NCBI GenBank assembly: GCA_963764725.1
Contig: CAVXTM010000001.1
Location: 408,147 to 472,146 of the forward strand
Direction: 5' to 3'
Length of the DNA stretch: 64,000 bases
Source of the DNA: an uncultured Gammaproteobacteria bacterium
Lineage (GTDB): Bacteria > Pseudomonadota > Gammaproteobacteria > JACCXJ01
The stretch's first letter is position 1, and every line of letters starts with the position of its first letter. Under the pieces are notes generated by a model that saw nothing but the letters and a program-made list of their open reading frames with translations, did not search any database and was not told where the DNA came from. The translations under genes were made by a program, and so were the position numbers. Positions 22,777 through 33,981 of this stretch are shown one piece after another.

Positions 22777-23049
22777 ATGTCATCACGATCAGGATGGTGC
22801 GCGTTACTGTTGTTGGTCATCAGCGCGGCAAGCGCGGAGACACACCCGGAGCCAGAAATAAGCGTGCCTCGACTGCCGGTGCAGACCGAGGTTCCGCTTG
22901 TGGCCAGTCTTACGCCGGTACCAGAGCATGCCCAGAACGCACTTCCGGGCGCTGGGAAAGCACCGCAAAAGGCAGCCAAAGCCAGGCGTAAGCCTCGCAA
23001 GGGGAGGATTGAACCCCCGGCCCCACTATCCAAGCGGCCGCGCCGCTAG
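22777..23049 (+). CDS. Small Pro/Lys-rich secreted hypothetical protein
   Basis: Signal-like LLLLVISAASA; directly upstream of the Rhs locus. Confidence 0.4.
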   Translation: MSSRSGWCALLLLVISAASAETHPEPEISVPRLPVQTEVPLVASLTPVPEHAQNALPGAGKAPQKAAKARRKPRKGRIEPPAPLSKRPRR

Positions 23050-23123
23050 GTTCGGGCGAGCGAGGCCAGGGCGCCTAGCTCGTCAATTCGTTCACGCTGG
23101 TTCTCACCCAAGGAAGGGTCCAC

Positions 23124-26100
23124 ATGCGCAATACTTACCACGTATTTTTAGCAGTCGTCCTCTCGTTTAGCTCGTATGCCGCAGCGTACGGAGAGGAGAT
23201 CCGCGATTACTACGCCGAACCGGGTCTCAATCCCTTCAAGGAGACCCTCAATCAAGATCTCAACGAACACATTGATCCCTTCTCGGGCACCTTGCAGCAC
23301 AAATACGTCGATATATACATCCCCGGCAACGGCGGTCTGGATCTCAAGGTGAGCCGCGTGTATACGAGCCCGCAAGAAGCTCTCGGGGTGCGCACCGTCA
23401 CCGGCGCAGGGTGGACCATGCATTTCGGCCGCGTCGTGATTCCTACGGACTACACGGACACGCTCTGCCTGCAAGACCTCTATGCGGTCAGCACCCGCGA
23501 TAACCCATCGATCGAATTCCCCGACGGCGGCCGCGAGCTCTTGGTCCTCGATGCAGTGCACGGCACCTATCTCCTCACTAAGGGCGGCTGGCGGGCCATG
23601 TGTAACGGCAGCGGTCAGGGGCTCATCGTGACCTCCCCCACGGGCACGGTGTACACCATGGACGCGCTCAACACCCTGAACAACCATTGGAGCTGGTACA
23701 CGACCAATATTCGTGATCGGCATGGCAACACCATCGACGTCACCTACAAGACCAACTCGTCGAACTTTATTTACATCGACACGGTGACTGCAAGTGACGG
23801 CCGTCAGGTCAAATTCGAGTACCTCAATGAGGAAAGCGCGACTATCCGGCTCGATAAGATTACTGCCAATGAGCAAACGTGGATTTACCGTTACGAACGG
23901 ATCGAGGCGATCGGTCCCGGGTACGGCAACAATTACCATAACCTCATCGAGGTGATCCGTCCCGATGGTTTGCGGTGGCGATATAGTTACTATCCTTATA
24001 CCTCCCTTGAGACGGCCGGCAACTACGCTCTCAAAACCGTCACCTATCCGTACGGGGCCAATATTACCTACACGTATCAGCATATCGATTTTACCCCCAC
24101 CGATCTGTCGATCGATAGGACCACCGCTATCGCCACCAAGGAAGTTTCCAGTAATCCACCCGGGATCTCGATGGGCCCCGGCTCGTCCTTACCCAGTGGC
24201 ACCTGGAGATTCGAGTTCGCGCCCCATTCACCGGAGTTATTCTTTACCGACAATGGCACGTGGACTTCCGGACTCGACAAGACCACCGTGAGAATGCCGG
24301 GCGGCAAGCAGGTTTACTACCACTATGGGTACTCCTATACCGGGGGGCTGTCGAGCGGCATCCTGTGGGCGACCGGTCTCCTCTACAAGCAAGAAAGCTG
24401 GGACGGCTGCTCGGCCGACAGTTGCGTGGGCGTGGCATCGACATTAGTGGATGAAGTTACCAACGGCTGGGAACCGCGATTGATCTCCCGCGAGAACTTT
24501 TGGCATGGCCGTGAGGGGGTCGAAGAGGACACCTACGCCCCCCAGCTCGCGAGGAAGGTTCATAGCCGCGATGATTCCGGAAATGAGATCCGCTATGAGC
24601 AATACGATGCCTTCGGTAATGCAGGGAGAATCATTGAGAGCTCCAACCTCACTGGGGATCCCGACAAGGTGACCGAGCTCGGCTACTACATCGATCGCGA
24701 GAAATGGATCCTCCATCAAGTCGACGACGAGACCATCCTCGGGGTGAATGGCGAGGTCGTGAGCCATACCGATCGTAGCTTCAACGAGGACGGCGATCTC
24801 ATCGCCGCGGATCAGAACGGCGTCCTGACGAGCTATACCTACACTGCCGAGGGGGATCTCGCCACCGCAACCGACGCGCGCGGGAGTACTACGCGCTATG
24901 CGCGCTACCGCCGCGGCAGCGCGCAGATCGAAGAGCATCCCGAGTCAGTCACGCTTTCGCGCGTCGTCAACGACACCGGCACCGTCGCTTCAGCGATCAA
25001 CGGCCGGGGATTTACCCGCCACTTCACCTATGACGGCACGAACAGGCTGACTGGAATCACCTATCCGAACCATGCCCCGGTCAGCATCGTCTGGGACGCG
25101 AGCGGCAAGACTCTCACCCGCGGGAGCTACGAGGAGCGCATCGCATTCGATGGCTTCGGACGGGTGGTCAGCACCACGCGCGCCGACATGGCGCGCGATA
25201 TTAGCATCACACAAACGATGAAGTACGACGTCCACGGCAACAAGATCTTCGAGTCCTATCCAAACTCCGAAGCCGGGGTGAGTTATGCCTATGACCTTCT
25301 CAAGCGCCTCACCACCCTGCGGCACCCCGACGGAGCCCTACGGAGCTACGTCTACGGGGGCGGTGAGGTAGCGGAAACCGACGAGCGGGGCAATACGACG
25401 AATTACCTCTACCGCAGCTTTGGCGATCCGGACAAGGACAAAGTCCTTGTCATGATTACCGAGCCGAATGGGATCTACACGATCCTCGACTTCAACCTAC
25501 TCAACCTCCTGACGAGCGTGTTCCAGGGCGACCTTACCCCCACGGGATCGCTCTCCGGCTTTACGCGTCGGCTGAGCTATGACAGCCGCTATTTCCTCAC
25601 CTCGGTCTCAGATCCCGAGACCGGAGTGACGAGTTACGGACGCGACGAGGTGGGCAACATGATCGCGCGGCAGGTGGGAAGCTCGGGGGTGACGGCCTAC
25701 ACTTACGATGCTCTCAACCGCCAGGTGTTCAGCGACTATCCGGGCACCACCCCCGATGTGACCAAGAGCTACGATGCCGATGGACATCTCACCAAGCTCA
25801 CCAACAGCCAAGCCGTGATTGACCACCGTTATGACGAAAACGACAACCTCATCGAAAAGGTACTGACGCTCGACGGCGTCCCCTATGCGCTCAACTTCAC
25901 CTATAACGCGCTCGACGGTCTCGCAACGCTTACCTACCCCTCGGGGCGGGTGGTCAACTACCTCCCGGATGCCTTCGGTCGGCCGACTCAGGCCGCGCCT
26001 TACGTGAGCGGGGTGAGTTATCATCCTTCCGGCCAACTCGCCCGGATTAACCACGCCAACGGCGAGCGCACTGAGATCACGCTCAACGAGCGGCAGTGGA

Positions 26101-28164
26101 TTTCCGAGTTTCTGCACCACGGACTTGCGGAGCTCCATTATGGTTACGATGCGCTCGGCAACGTGCTCGGCCTGACCGATCCCTTGAACCCCGCCGAAGA
26201 CCGCGCCTTCGGTTACGATGCGCTCAATCGGCTGACGAGCGCCCAGGGCCGGTGGGGTCAAGGAACCTTGAGCTATGACGCCTTGGGCAATCTGCGCTCG
26301 CTGAACCTGGGTGCGAACACCGAGCGCTACGACTACAACGGCCTGCGGCTCAGGACGCGCATCCATAACGAGACCACTAGCTCCTGGTACACCCATGATG
26401 TCTATGGCAACGTCCGGCTGGACGTGGATGTGCTCGGTTTAAGCTCAAATGCTCCGCAGTACCGAGGGCGGCAGTATACCTACGATGATGCGGGAAACTT
26501 GCGCAATGTGCTCCGAACGGAGAACATCGGGAGCAATCCGGTGTCCTCGCAGTACTACTTCGACTACGATGCTTTGGGGCAGCAGATCCGGCGCACCGCT
26601 CCCAACGGGGAGATCATCCACTTCGTCTATGGGCGCACCGGGCAGTTGCTCGGTGAGTACAGCGGCTCGCTCGGTTACGGCAAAGAATATGTCTACCTCG
26701 GCAGCCAGTTGGTCGGGAGCGCCCAAACCAACCAACCTCCCGAGGCCCAGGCCGGAGCGGACCGGAGCGTCAACGGCGGGGCGTCCGTGCAACTCGATGG
26801 CCGGGGCTCGACGGATCCCGATGGCGCCATCGCGCGTTACGCCTGGGTGCAGACCGAGGGCAGTCCCGTTACCTTGAGCGGGGCAGCTGCAACGGTGAGC
26901 TTCAGCGCCCCGGTGCTGGAGAACACCTCGGTGCTCGGCTTCACCCTCACCGTCACCGATGACAGCGGCGAGGAGGCACAGGACAGCGTGCGGATCACCG
27001 TGCTCGGGAACCCTGCACCCACCGCTGATGCAGGCCCCGATCAGAGCGTGCGGGGTGCTGCCATTGTCGCTCTCGACGGGACGGCCTCGAACGACGCCGA
27101 CGGCCACATCGCCCGCTACGCCTGGCGGCAGATCGGCGGCATGCCTGTGACCCTGAGTGGGGCCGACACCGCGATCCCGAGCTTCACCGCACCGACGCTA
27201 GCCGAGGCCCAGGTGCTGAGCTTCGAGTTGACCGTAAGCGACAATCTCGGCGCGCAGGCCACCGCCGCGGTGCACATCACCGTCCTCGGCAACGAACCCC
27301 CGAGCGCCCATGCGGGTGCCGATCAAACGGTGCCGGGTGGCAGTCCGGTAGGGCTCGATGCCACGGGCTCGACGGATCCCGAGGGGAGCATCATCGCTTA
27401 CACTTGGTCGCAGACGGGCGGTCCGGCCGTGAGCCTGATTGGCGCAGATACCTCGACCCCGACCTTTATGGCCCCCCTCTCTGGCAACGACGAGGTGCTC
27501 AGCTTCACCCTCACGGTGAGCGACGACATCGGTGCGAGTGGAAGCGATTCGGTGACCATCACCGTGCAACGCGTAGCGCTCGGCAATCAACCCCCGAGCG
27601 CCGAGGCGGGAGTCGATCAAGAGCTACGCGCCGGGGGTGTTGTAGAGTTGAATGGCGGGGCCTCCACCGATCCCGAGGGCCAGCCCCTTCGCTATCAGTG
27701 GGCCCAACTCGAAGGCCCGCGCGTCCAGCTCGCGGGCGCGAGCACCTCCCGGGCGCGCTTCACCGCCCCTTATGTCGCGATCGACACGCTCCTCCGCTTT
27801 GAGCTGACGGTGACCGACAGCGCAGGGCTCTCGGCCGAGGACACGGTGGACATCGTGGTGCAACCGAATGTACAGGGCACAGACACGCAAGCACCCATCA
27901 CCCGGCTCTTCACCACCCCCCTGCGCTTCGGAGGCAGGGTATACTACCCCGTGGCTTCTCAGCGCCAACGAGCCTGCCACCACCTACCTGCGGGTGAGCG
28001 ATCCCAACGCGCTCAGCCTGGGGGCGCTCAAGACCACCGAGTGGCAGGTGTATCGAGGACCCTTCCTCGTCACGCTCACCGCCGCTCGGACCCTTACCGT
28101 GGAGTACTACTCCATCGACAGCGCCGGGAATCAGGAATCCATCAAAACAAGGGTATTGCAGTGA
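23124..28164 (+). CDS. Secreted Rhs/YD-repeat shell protein ending in four PKD-like domains and a small Ig-like domain (frameshift near 27950)
   Basis: Sec signal; IDPFSG..GAGW N-domain; many YD repeats; four N.PP.A.AG.DQ.V repeats at about 26730-27870; tail ...EYYSIDSAGNQESIKTRVLQ* in the 27868-28164 frame. Confidence 0.82.
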
Positions 28165-29113
28165 TGACAACCAAAGGACGGTGTATGCGTTTCCTTATTG
28201 CGTGTCTCCTCACACTCCTCGCCCTGCCGGCAGGAGCGATCGAGCGGGTCATCCACTACCACAACGACGCCTTGGGCTCCCCCATCGCCGCGACCGATCA
28301 AGATGGCCGCGTGGTGTGGCGCAAGTCGTATGGGCCCTATGGCCAGCCTATCGGCCCGGGGGCCCCGAACGAGCCCGGTTACACCGGCAAGTTCGACGTG
28401 CCCGGCCTCGGCATCCAAAACTTCGGGGCCCGCTGGTACGACCCGCGGATCGGCCGCTTCCTCGCCATCGATCCCGCGGCTTCGATCCCTAGAACCCCCA
28501 GAGCTTCAACCGGTACGCGTATGCCAATAACAACCCGTATCGCTTTGTAGACCCCGACGGCAATAGTCCCCTCGATGTAGGCTTCTTCATCGCCGACACC
28601 GTCAGCTTCGGGCTCGCGGTGGCCTCGGGAAACCCGGCCGCCATCCAGTCTGCGGCCTTCGACTTCGCTGCTAGCGCCGTGGGCCTTGCGAGCCCGATAC
28701 CGGGAACCGGGCTCGCTATCAAGGCGGCACGGGCGGGGGATAAGATCAGCGACGCGGCGAAGATAACTAAGGGTGCAGCGAACCCAGTTCCAGAAACGCT
28801 TGCTCGTGTTATTCCGGGTCGAGGGCCGTTTCCGACACTTGGCTCGCCAGGGAAAAGCGATGTGTTCGTTACGGCTGCCGACGATATTGCGGGCTTGAAC
28901 GCTAAACAAATCGCCGATCGACTGACTATCGCTCCAGCTGACTCCTTCACTGTCATCAAGTTTCCAACTCCAGAGAGTGGGTTAGCCAGCCCGGTCAACC
29001 GGGTTGGTCCCGGCTTCGTTGGCGGAGGGCGAACAGCTGGCGGCGCTCGCGAGTTCGTCGTCCCCAACGGACCGATTCCGTCGGGCGCAAGCACTGAGAT
29101 TATCGGCCCATGA
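28164..29113 (+). CDS. Stand-alone Rhs core protein with its own signal peptide and C-terminal Ntox10-like toxin (1-bp deletion near 28478; TAG at 28490)
   Basis: TGATG coupling; MRFLIACLLTLLALPAGA signal; HYHNDALGSP, GARWYDPRIGRF, NRYAYANNNPYRFVDPDG; tip VFVTAADD...GFVGGGRTAGGAREFVVPN. Confidence 0.78.
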
Positions 29114-29394
29114 AGCTGCAGCCGCAAGAAACCGATCTTGTAGGGACATGGATTAGCAGCGGACGTGCGGTGCGCGCAGACGAAACTTGTAGGCGTATCG
29201 AATGGCTTGTCAAGGAAGTCTTGGAAGAAGTGGCCGTGAGTCCTCAATGGGGCGCATGGGAGACGCTATTCCGCGATCTCGAAGATGGTCGCTTTTGGGA
29301 GCGTACTTACCCTGAAGGGCATATGCACGGCGGTGGCCCCCCGCGACTGACATGCATCTCGCCGGAAGAGGCTAGAACCAAGTATGCGATATAG
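29110..29394 (+). CDS. Imm27-family immunity protein
   Basis: ATGA overlap with the toxin; WETLFRD..DGRFWE..YP...HGGGPP.L. Confidence 0.8.
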   Translation: MKLQPQETDLVGTWISSGRAVRADETCRRIEWLVKEVLEEVAVSPQWGAWETLFRDLEDGRFWERTYPEGHMHGGGPPRLTCISPEEARTKYAI

Positions 29395-29439
29395 TGCGGG
29401 AATATATGACCACAGATCCCGTAGCGATCGAGATTGTCA

Positions 29440-29823
29440 ATGTCCAGCCATGCCGTTGATGACCTTGTTGGCAGGACCTTCTACGCCTCCATTGCGGAGC
29501 CTTGGGATTTTGAGTCAGATGCAGGGCAAAACAAGTTGGAGGGCACGATTCAGCGCGCTCTTTTTGATCGGTATGGGAATGTGCTGTTGCTTTGTCAGGT
29601 GGTACCCTTTTTTTTCGCGACAAAGAGAATCGACGAAGTTGTAGCAGTAAACAGGTATCAGGGTAGCCAAGATGTGCTTGATGCTCTGAGAGCTAAAGGT
29701 ACCGCAACTTTGAATTTCATGTTCCAGAGATCTGGGGGCGCGTTCCAGGATGGTAGTATTGAGATTTCATTGAGCGATAGGCGTAGTTGCGGTTTTGTGG
29801 TCGGGACGATGCACTTGCCGTAA
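29440..29823 (+). CDS. Hypothetical protein, possible orphan immunity protein
   Basis: Lower-GC ORF of about 127 aa directly after the immunity gene. Confidence 0.55.
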   Translation: MSSHAVDDLVGRTFYASIAEPWDFESDAGQNKLEGTIQRALFDRYGNVLLLCQVVPFFFATKRIDEVVAVNRYQGSQDVLDALRAKGTATLNFMFQRSGGAFQDGSIEISLSDRRSCGFVVGTMHLP

Positions 29824-29899
29824 AGCTGCCAAACGCTTCCTTTGTAAGCTAGCCTGCGAGGCACGCGAGAACAAATAGGCGTTCAGCGTATGTAGATGT

Positions 29900-30485
29900 A
29901 GGCTTTCTCAGGCACGATACTGAAGGGGTAAGTCAGCCCTCGCCAGCACCGGTGAAACGACAAGAAGAGGAGCGGCCGCGCTTCCCTTCCGCTTATTTCT
30001 GGGCGATGGCACGGATTTATGAAGTCTTCCCGCTGCTCTGTCCGCGTTGCGCCGAAGACGATCATCGCCTTCGTCACCGAGGCGGGCTCGATCAAGCGTA
30101 TTCTCGAATACCTCGGGCAGCCGACAACTCCGCCCCCCCATTACCCCCGCTCGCGGCCCGCCGCACTGGGGTCGATGACATCGATCAAACGCCGAAGTAC
30201 GACGCGGCGCTCGCTCAGCGAGCGCCGGACTATGAGTTTGATCAGACCATCAGCTCATTTCGTCTCCCGGTCGAGATCCTCGGCCGGCAGAGCTGCCCTC
30301 GCCCTAATACACCCGTTTCCGGTCCCTGAGTCACCCCGACGCACCAGGCAATGTCCTTTCCTGCCGCTAGACGGCCCACACATGGCCTCAATCGCCAGGG
30401 TGCGACCTGTCGCGCGACAGTATGTCGCCTTCCCATCCCCATGGGCGTAAGCTAGAATCTGGGTATGTGGTTGGATTTCCTATCC
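29900..30485 (+). mobile_element. IS91/ISCR-family remnant: transposase C-terminus and oriIS end
   Basis: WAMARIYEVFPLLCPRC..IIAFVTE..IKRILEYLG.P...ARGPP; GTGGTTGGATTTCCTATCC at 30467-30485 resembles ISCR oriIS. Confidence 0.75.
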
Positions 30486-30593
30486 ATTATCCATCGACCT
30501 GGAGATGCCCCCACCTCCACGATCAGAGCCGTGGCATCGCCCGAGCCGTCCGCCATCGTGGAACACCATCGCTCCACGAATAGCCCAGCTGCC

Positions 30594-32644
30594 ATGAGAA
30601 CTGCGGCCACCGAAGCTCTCTACGTCCGAAATACCCCGGAGGCCCGCGACCACGTGCAACGCTGGATGCCGATGGAGGTTGACCAGCTCAAGTCCGAGCC
30701 ACTGCGGCGCGTCGCCCCGTTTGAGGCGACGCTTCTCGAACGCGGCTTCCCGTTCCACGAACTTTCGCTGGTCATCAGTGCCGACCGGCGAGCACACGAC
30801 CCGGTCTACGGCGCCCACCGGTGGTGGGCGCGGCGCCCGCCAGCGCTCCTCAGGTCCATTTTGCTCACTGCGGCGCTGCCGGCTGACGTGTCGTCCAATG
30901 AATTCTGGGCGCTGTATGGGTCGAACGGGGCGCTTGCTCGATGGATGGCGTGTCCATGATCCCTTCGTCGGGGGTGGCTCGACACTTGTCGAGGCAGCTC
31001 GTCTGGGAAGCAGGATATCGGGCGGCGACATCGATCCGTTGGCGGTCGAACATCGTGCGGTATGAGCTGAACCCTGCGTCGGCAGAACAAATCCGTGCCG
31101 CAGGGGAGCAGCTGCTGACCTACGTTCGCTTGCAATGTGGGCACCTCTATCCGTCATCGGCACGCAGGCAGCCGCTCCATTACTTCTGGCTCCACGAAGT
31201 CACTTGCCCCTCCTGTGGCGGGATCGGCCTGTTGTATCGCGATCTCCTGCTCACACGAGATCGGCAGAAGCCAGGCGCCGTGGTTCGCGATCACCCTCTC
31301 ACCGTCTTCTGCCCGAGTGACCTAAGCATCCATCATCTCAACAGCCCGGATCGTCGGGAGCTTCGACATCGCGGTCGTCGATGGCCGATTGCCCGCGGCA
31401 CGTTCAGCCGCAACAGATACACCTGCCCTCACTGCGGCAAAACTTCGACTCACAAGGAACTACTCACGGGTAGCGCACCACGCCGCTTGATTGCTGTGGA
31501 GGACACTGCACCAGGGCAACGCCGAACCCTGCGCAAGCCATCACGCGAGGACATAGCGGCGATGGCCCGCGCAGCCGTGTGGCTGAGCGAACACCGCAAC
31601 ACATTGGCGCTCCCGACCGCAGTACTGTCGAAGGAGCGTCACGACGAGCGGCCTCGGAGCTTCGGGATGCTCCACTCGACGGACCTGTTCACCGACCGGC
31701 AGCTGACGGTCTTTGGCTCTGCGTTTCGATGGCTTGGTACGGCAGACCTTGAACCGAACGTGCGGGATGGTCTCCGTCTCGCCGTCTCGAACGCGCTCGC
31801 GACGAATAACAAGCTATGCAGCTATGCCTACGATTATGGTCGGCTGTCGGCGCTCTTCAGCGTGCGCGGCTATTCGCTGCCTGCGCTACCGGTCGAACTG
31901 AACCCTCTCCATCCAGACAGCGGTCGTGGCACGCTCCACCACTGCATAGAACGCGTCGCGCGAAGTGGTCGTGAGAAGGTTCGCCGTCACGTCTGGTCAC
32001 CGGCCCGTGACTGTGTCTATGCTCGAACCCTTGATTTGCCTACCGGTGTTGCCACCGACGATGTCCGCTGTACCTCGGCAACCTCCCCGCCGGCGGCTGG
32101 TGCGCCGAGCGCAGACCTTTGCGTCTTCGACCCGCCGTACTTCGACTACATCGCATACGAAGAACTATCGGAGTTCTTCCGGGCATGGCTCGAGCCGAAG
32201 GCAGTGTCGGGAACGCCTCTCCTGCCCGTCGGGCGCGACCCCGGCGAGTCATTCGGCCTCGAGCTCGGCGTAGCGCTGCGCGCAGCATTAGCACGCCTCG
32301 CACTAGGCCGCCCCCTCGCCTTCACGTATCACTCGACCAACCCCAAGGCCTGGCGAGCCGTGGGCATCGCAATAGACGAAGCAAAGCTTCGGGTTATGGG
32401 CCTGTGGCCCGTGTACAGCGACGGCCACATGGGTCACCACAGCCACCCCGGAAACTGCGAGTGGGATTTAGTGGTCGTGTGCCGTCGCGTCAGTGAGACG
32501 GTACCAGCAACCGCCACATTCGATACCGACGTCTGGGCCCGGACAGCACAACCGCTCGCTATCGGTGATGCCGATCGCACCAGCATGAAACTTGCGATTT
32601 CCATCGTCAGCTCCCGTTTCGGGACCGCGGCCAAGGAGTTATGA
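30594..32644 (+). CDS. DUF1156/COG1743-like Zn-ribbon adenine DNA methyltransferase (frameshifts near 30935 and 31050; start uncertain)
   Basis: HRWWARRP, DPFVGGGSTLVEA (motif I), CPSC/CPHC Zn ribbon, DPPYFD (motif IV), FTYH. Confidence 0.85.
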
Positions 32645-32645
32645 C

Positions 32646-33979
32646 TTGAACGCCGACGAGCGCAGTCAGCTCATCCGGGCTCGCCAGCAGCCAGCTACAC
32701 GCCCGCCTGAACGACTTTGGGTGCGGGACCAGTGGCAGGAGTTCCCGGTAGTACAGGTCCCGGTGGAAGCGCTCGCGCTCAACGTCGACAACCGACGATT
32801 TGCGGCTGAGCGCACATGGGCGGAAGAGAAGCTCGGGCGAGCACTCGATCCCGAGAACCGGCCCGAAGACGAGCGCGTCGTCGAACAGATTTTGCTCGAC
32901 ACCGCGCTCGACTTCGATGGTGATCGTCTCGTGGGTAAGCCGAGTAAGGATTACGACGCCCTGAAGAAGGACTGGCAGCGACGGCATCAAGAATCGCCCC
33001 TGTGGATCCGCCCAGACGGAACTGTCCGGAACGGAAACCGACGGCTCGCGATGCTGAAGCGGCTGCAGCGCGAAGAAGGTATAGAGGGCTTCGAGTACGT
33101 GGACGTCGTGATTCTAAAGCCCGATGACATCGATGAGGTCGCGCTGTTCGACATGGAGCAGCGCGAGCAGCTGACCGAGAACCTCAAGGTCCGATACACC
33201 GACATAAATCTGCTTCTTGCCATACGAGCGGCTGCAGAGTCACGGGGCATCGACTGGTTCAACCCGGACGACATCGACCGCGTCGCGGGCGAACTCCAGC
33301 ATGTCGTCGGGAACAACAAGGCCTACGCCGCTATCCAGCTCAGCGCCATCCGTTACATGGATGCGTACCTGGATAGCTCCGATCAGGCTGGCCAATACCA
33401 CAAACTCATCGGTCAGATTGAGCGCTTCCGTGACGTCGGTAAAGCAATGACCAAGCTTGAGGTCGACTACGAAGATGATGTCCCAGCCATGCTGCGAGTT
33501 CTGTTCGCGGCCATCCGTGCGGGTGCCCCGCACGGCGACATTCGCGTTCTGAAGAACTTATTCCTCCACGACCGCGCGAGATATAAACAGCTGCTCGCGC
33601 AAGTGGACGGAATCGAGGCGAGCTGGGAGCAGGCCGCCGGGCCGGACAGCCTCGCGGAGCCTGAAGTGGTCGACATCGCCCCTGCTGCAGACGAAGAAGA
33701 GGACGAAGACGAGCTAGCCGAGCCGCCGGGTCCGAACGTGCCCAACTACCCGCGTGACGATATCCGGGACGCCATCGACAACACGATCGATGGCTTCCAA
33801 GCGTCCATGACCGATGACGTCGCCAAGACGCTCCGCCAGATCCTCAACCGGTTAGAGGCCTCAGCGATGACGGCGGTAAGCTCGATCAAGCTCTCGGGGG
33901 TGAGCACGCTGTACGGGTCCGGGACGCTCTCGCTGCGATCGTCGCCTGGGCGGATCGTCATCGCGACCTGCTCGGTTAG
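32646..33979 (+). CDS. ParB/Srx-like N-terminal domain protein with acidic linker (frameshift near 33860)
   Basis: AAGGAG RBS and TTG start; LALNVDNRR, PLWIRPDGTVRNGNRRLAML; C-terminus ...WADRHRDLLG* in the shifted frame. Confidence 0.75.
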
Positions 33980-33981
33980 CG

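Noticed and set aside
26730-27870. Repeats of about 280 bp considered as a CRISPR-like or non-coding array
   Set aside because: They are in-frame, diverged PKD-like protein domains.
23124-28550. Single 1808-aa Rhs ORF as given in the track
   Set aside because: The stretch at about 27950-28163 is out-of-frame text; a better frame ends at 28164, where a new signal-peptide ORF starts.
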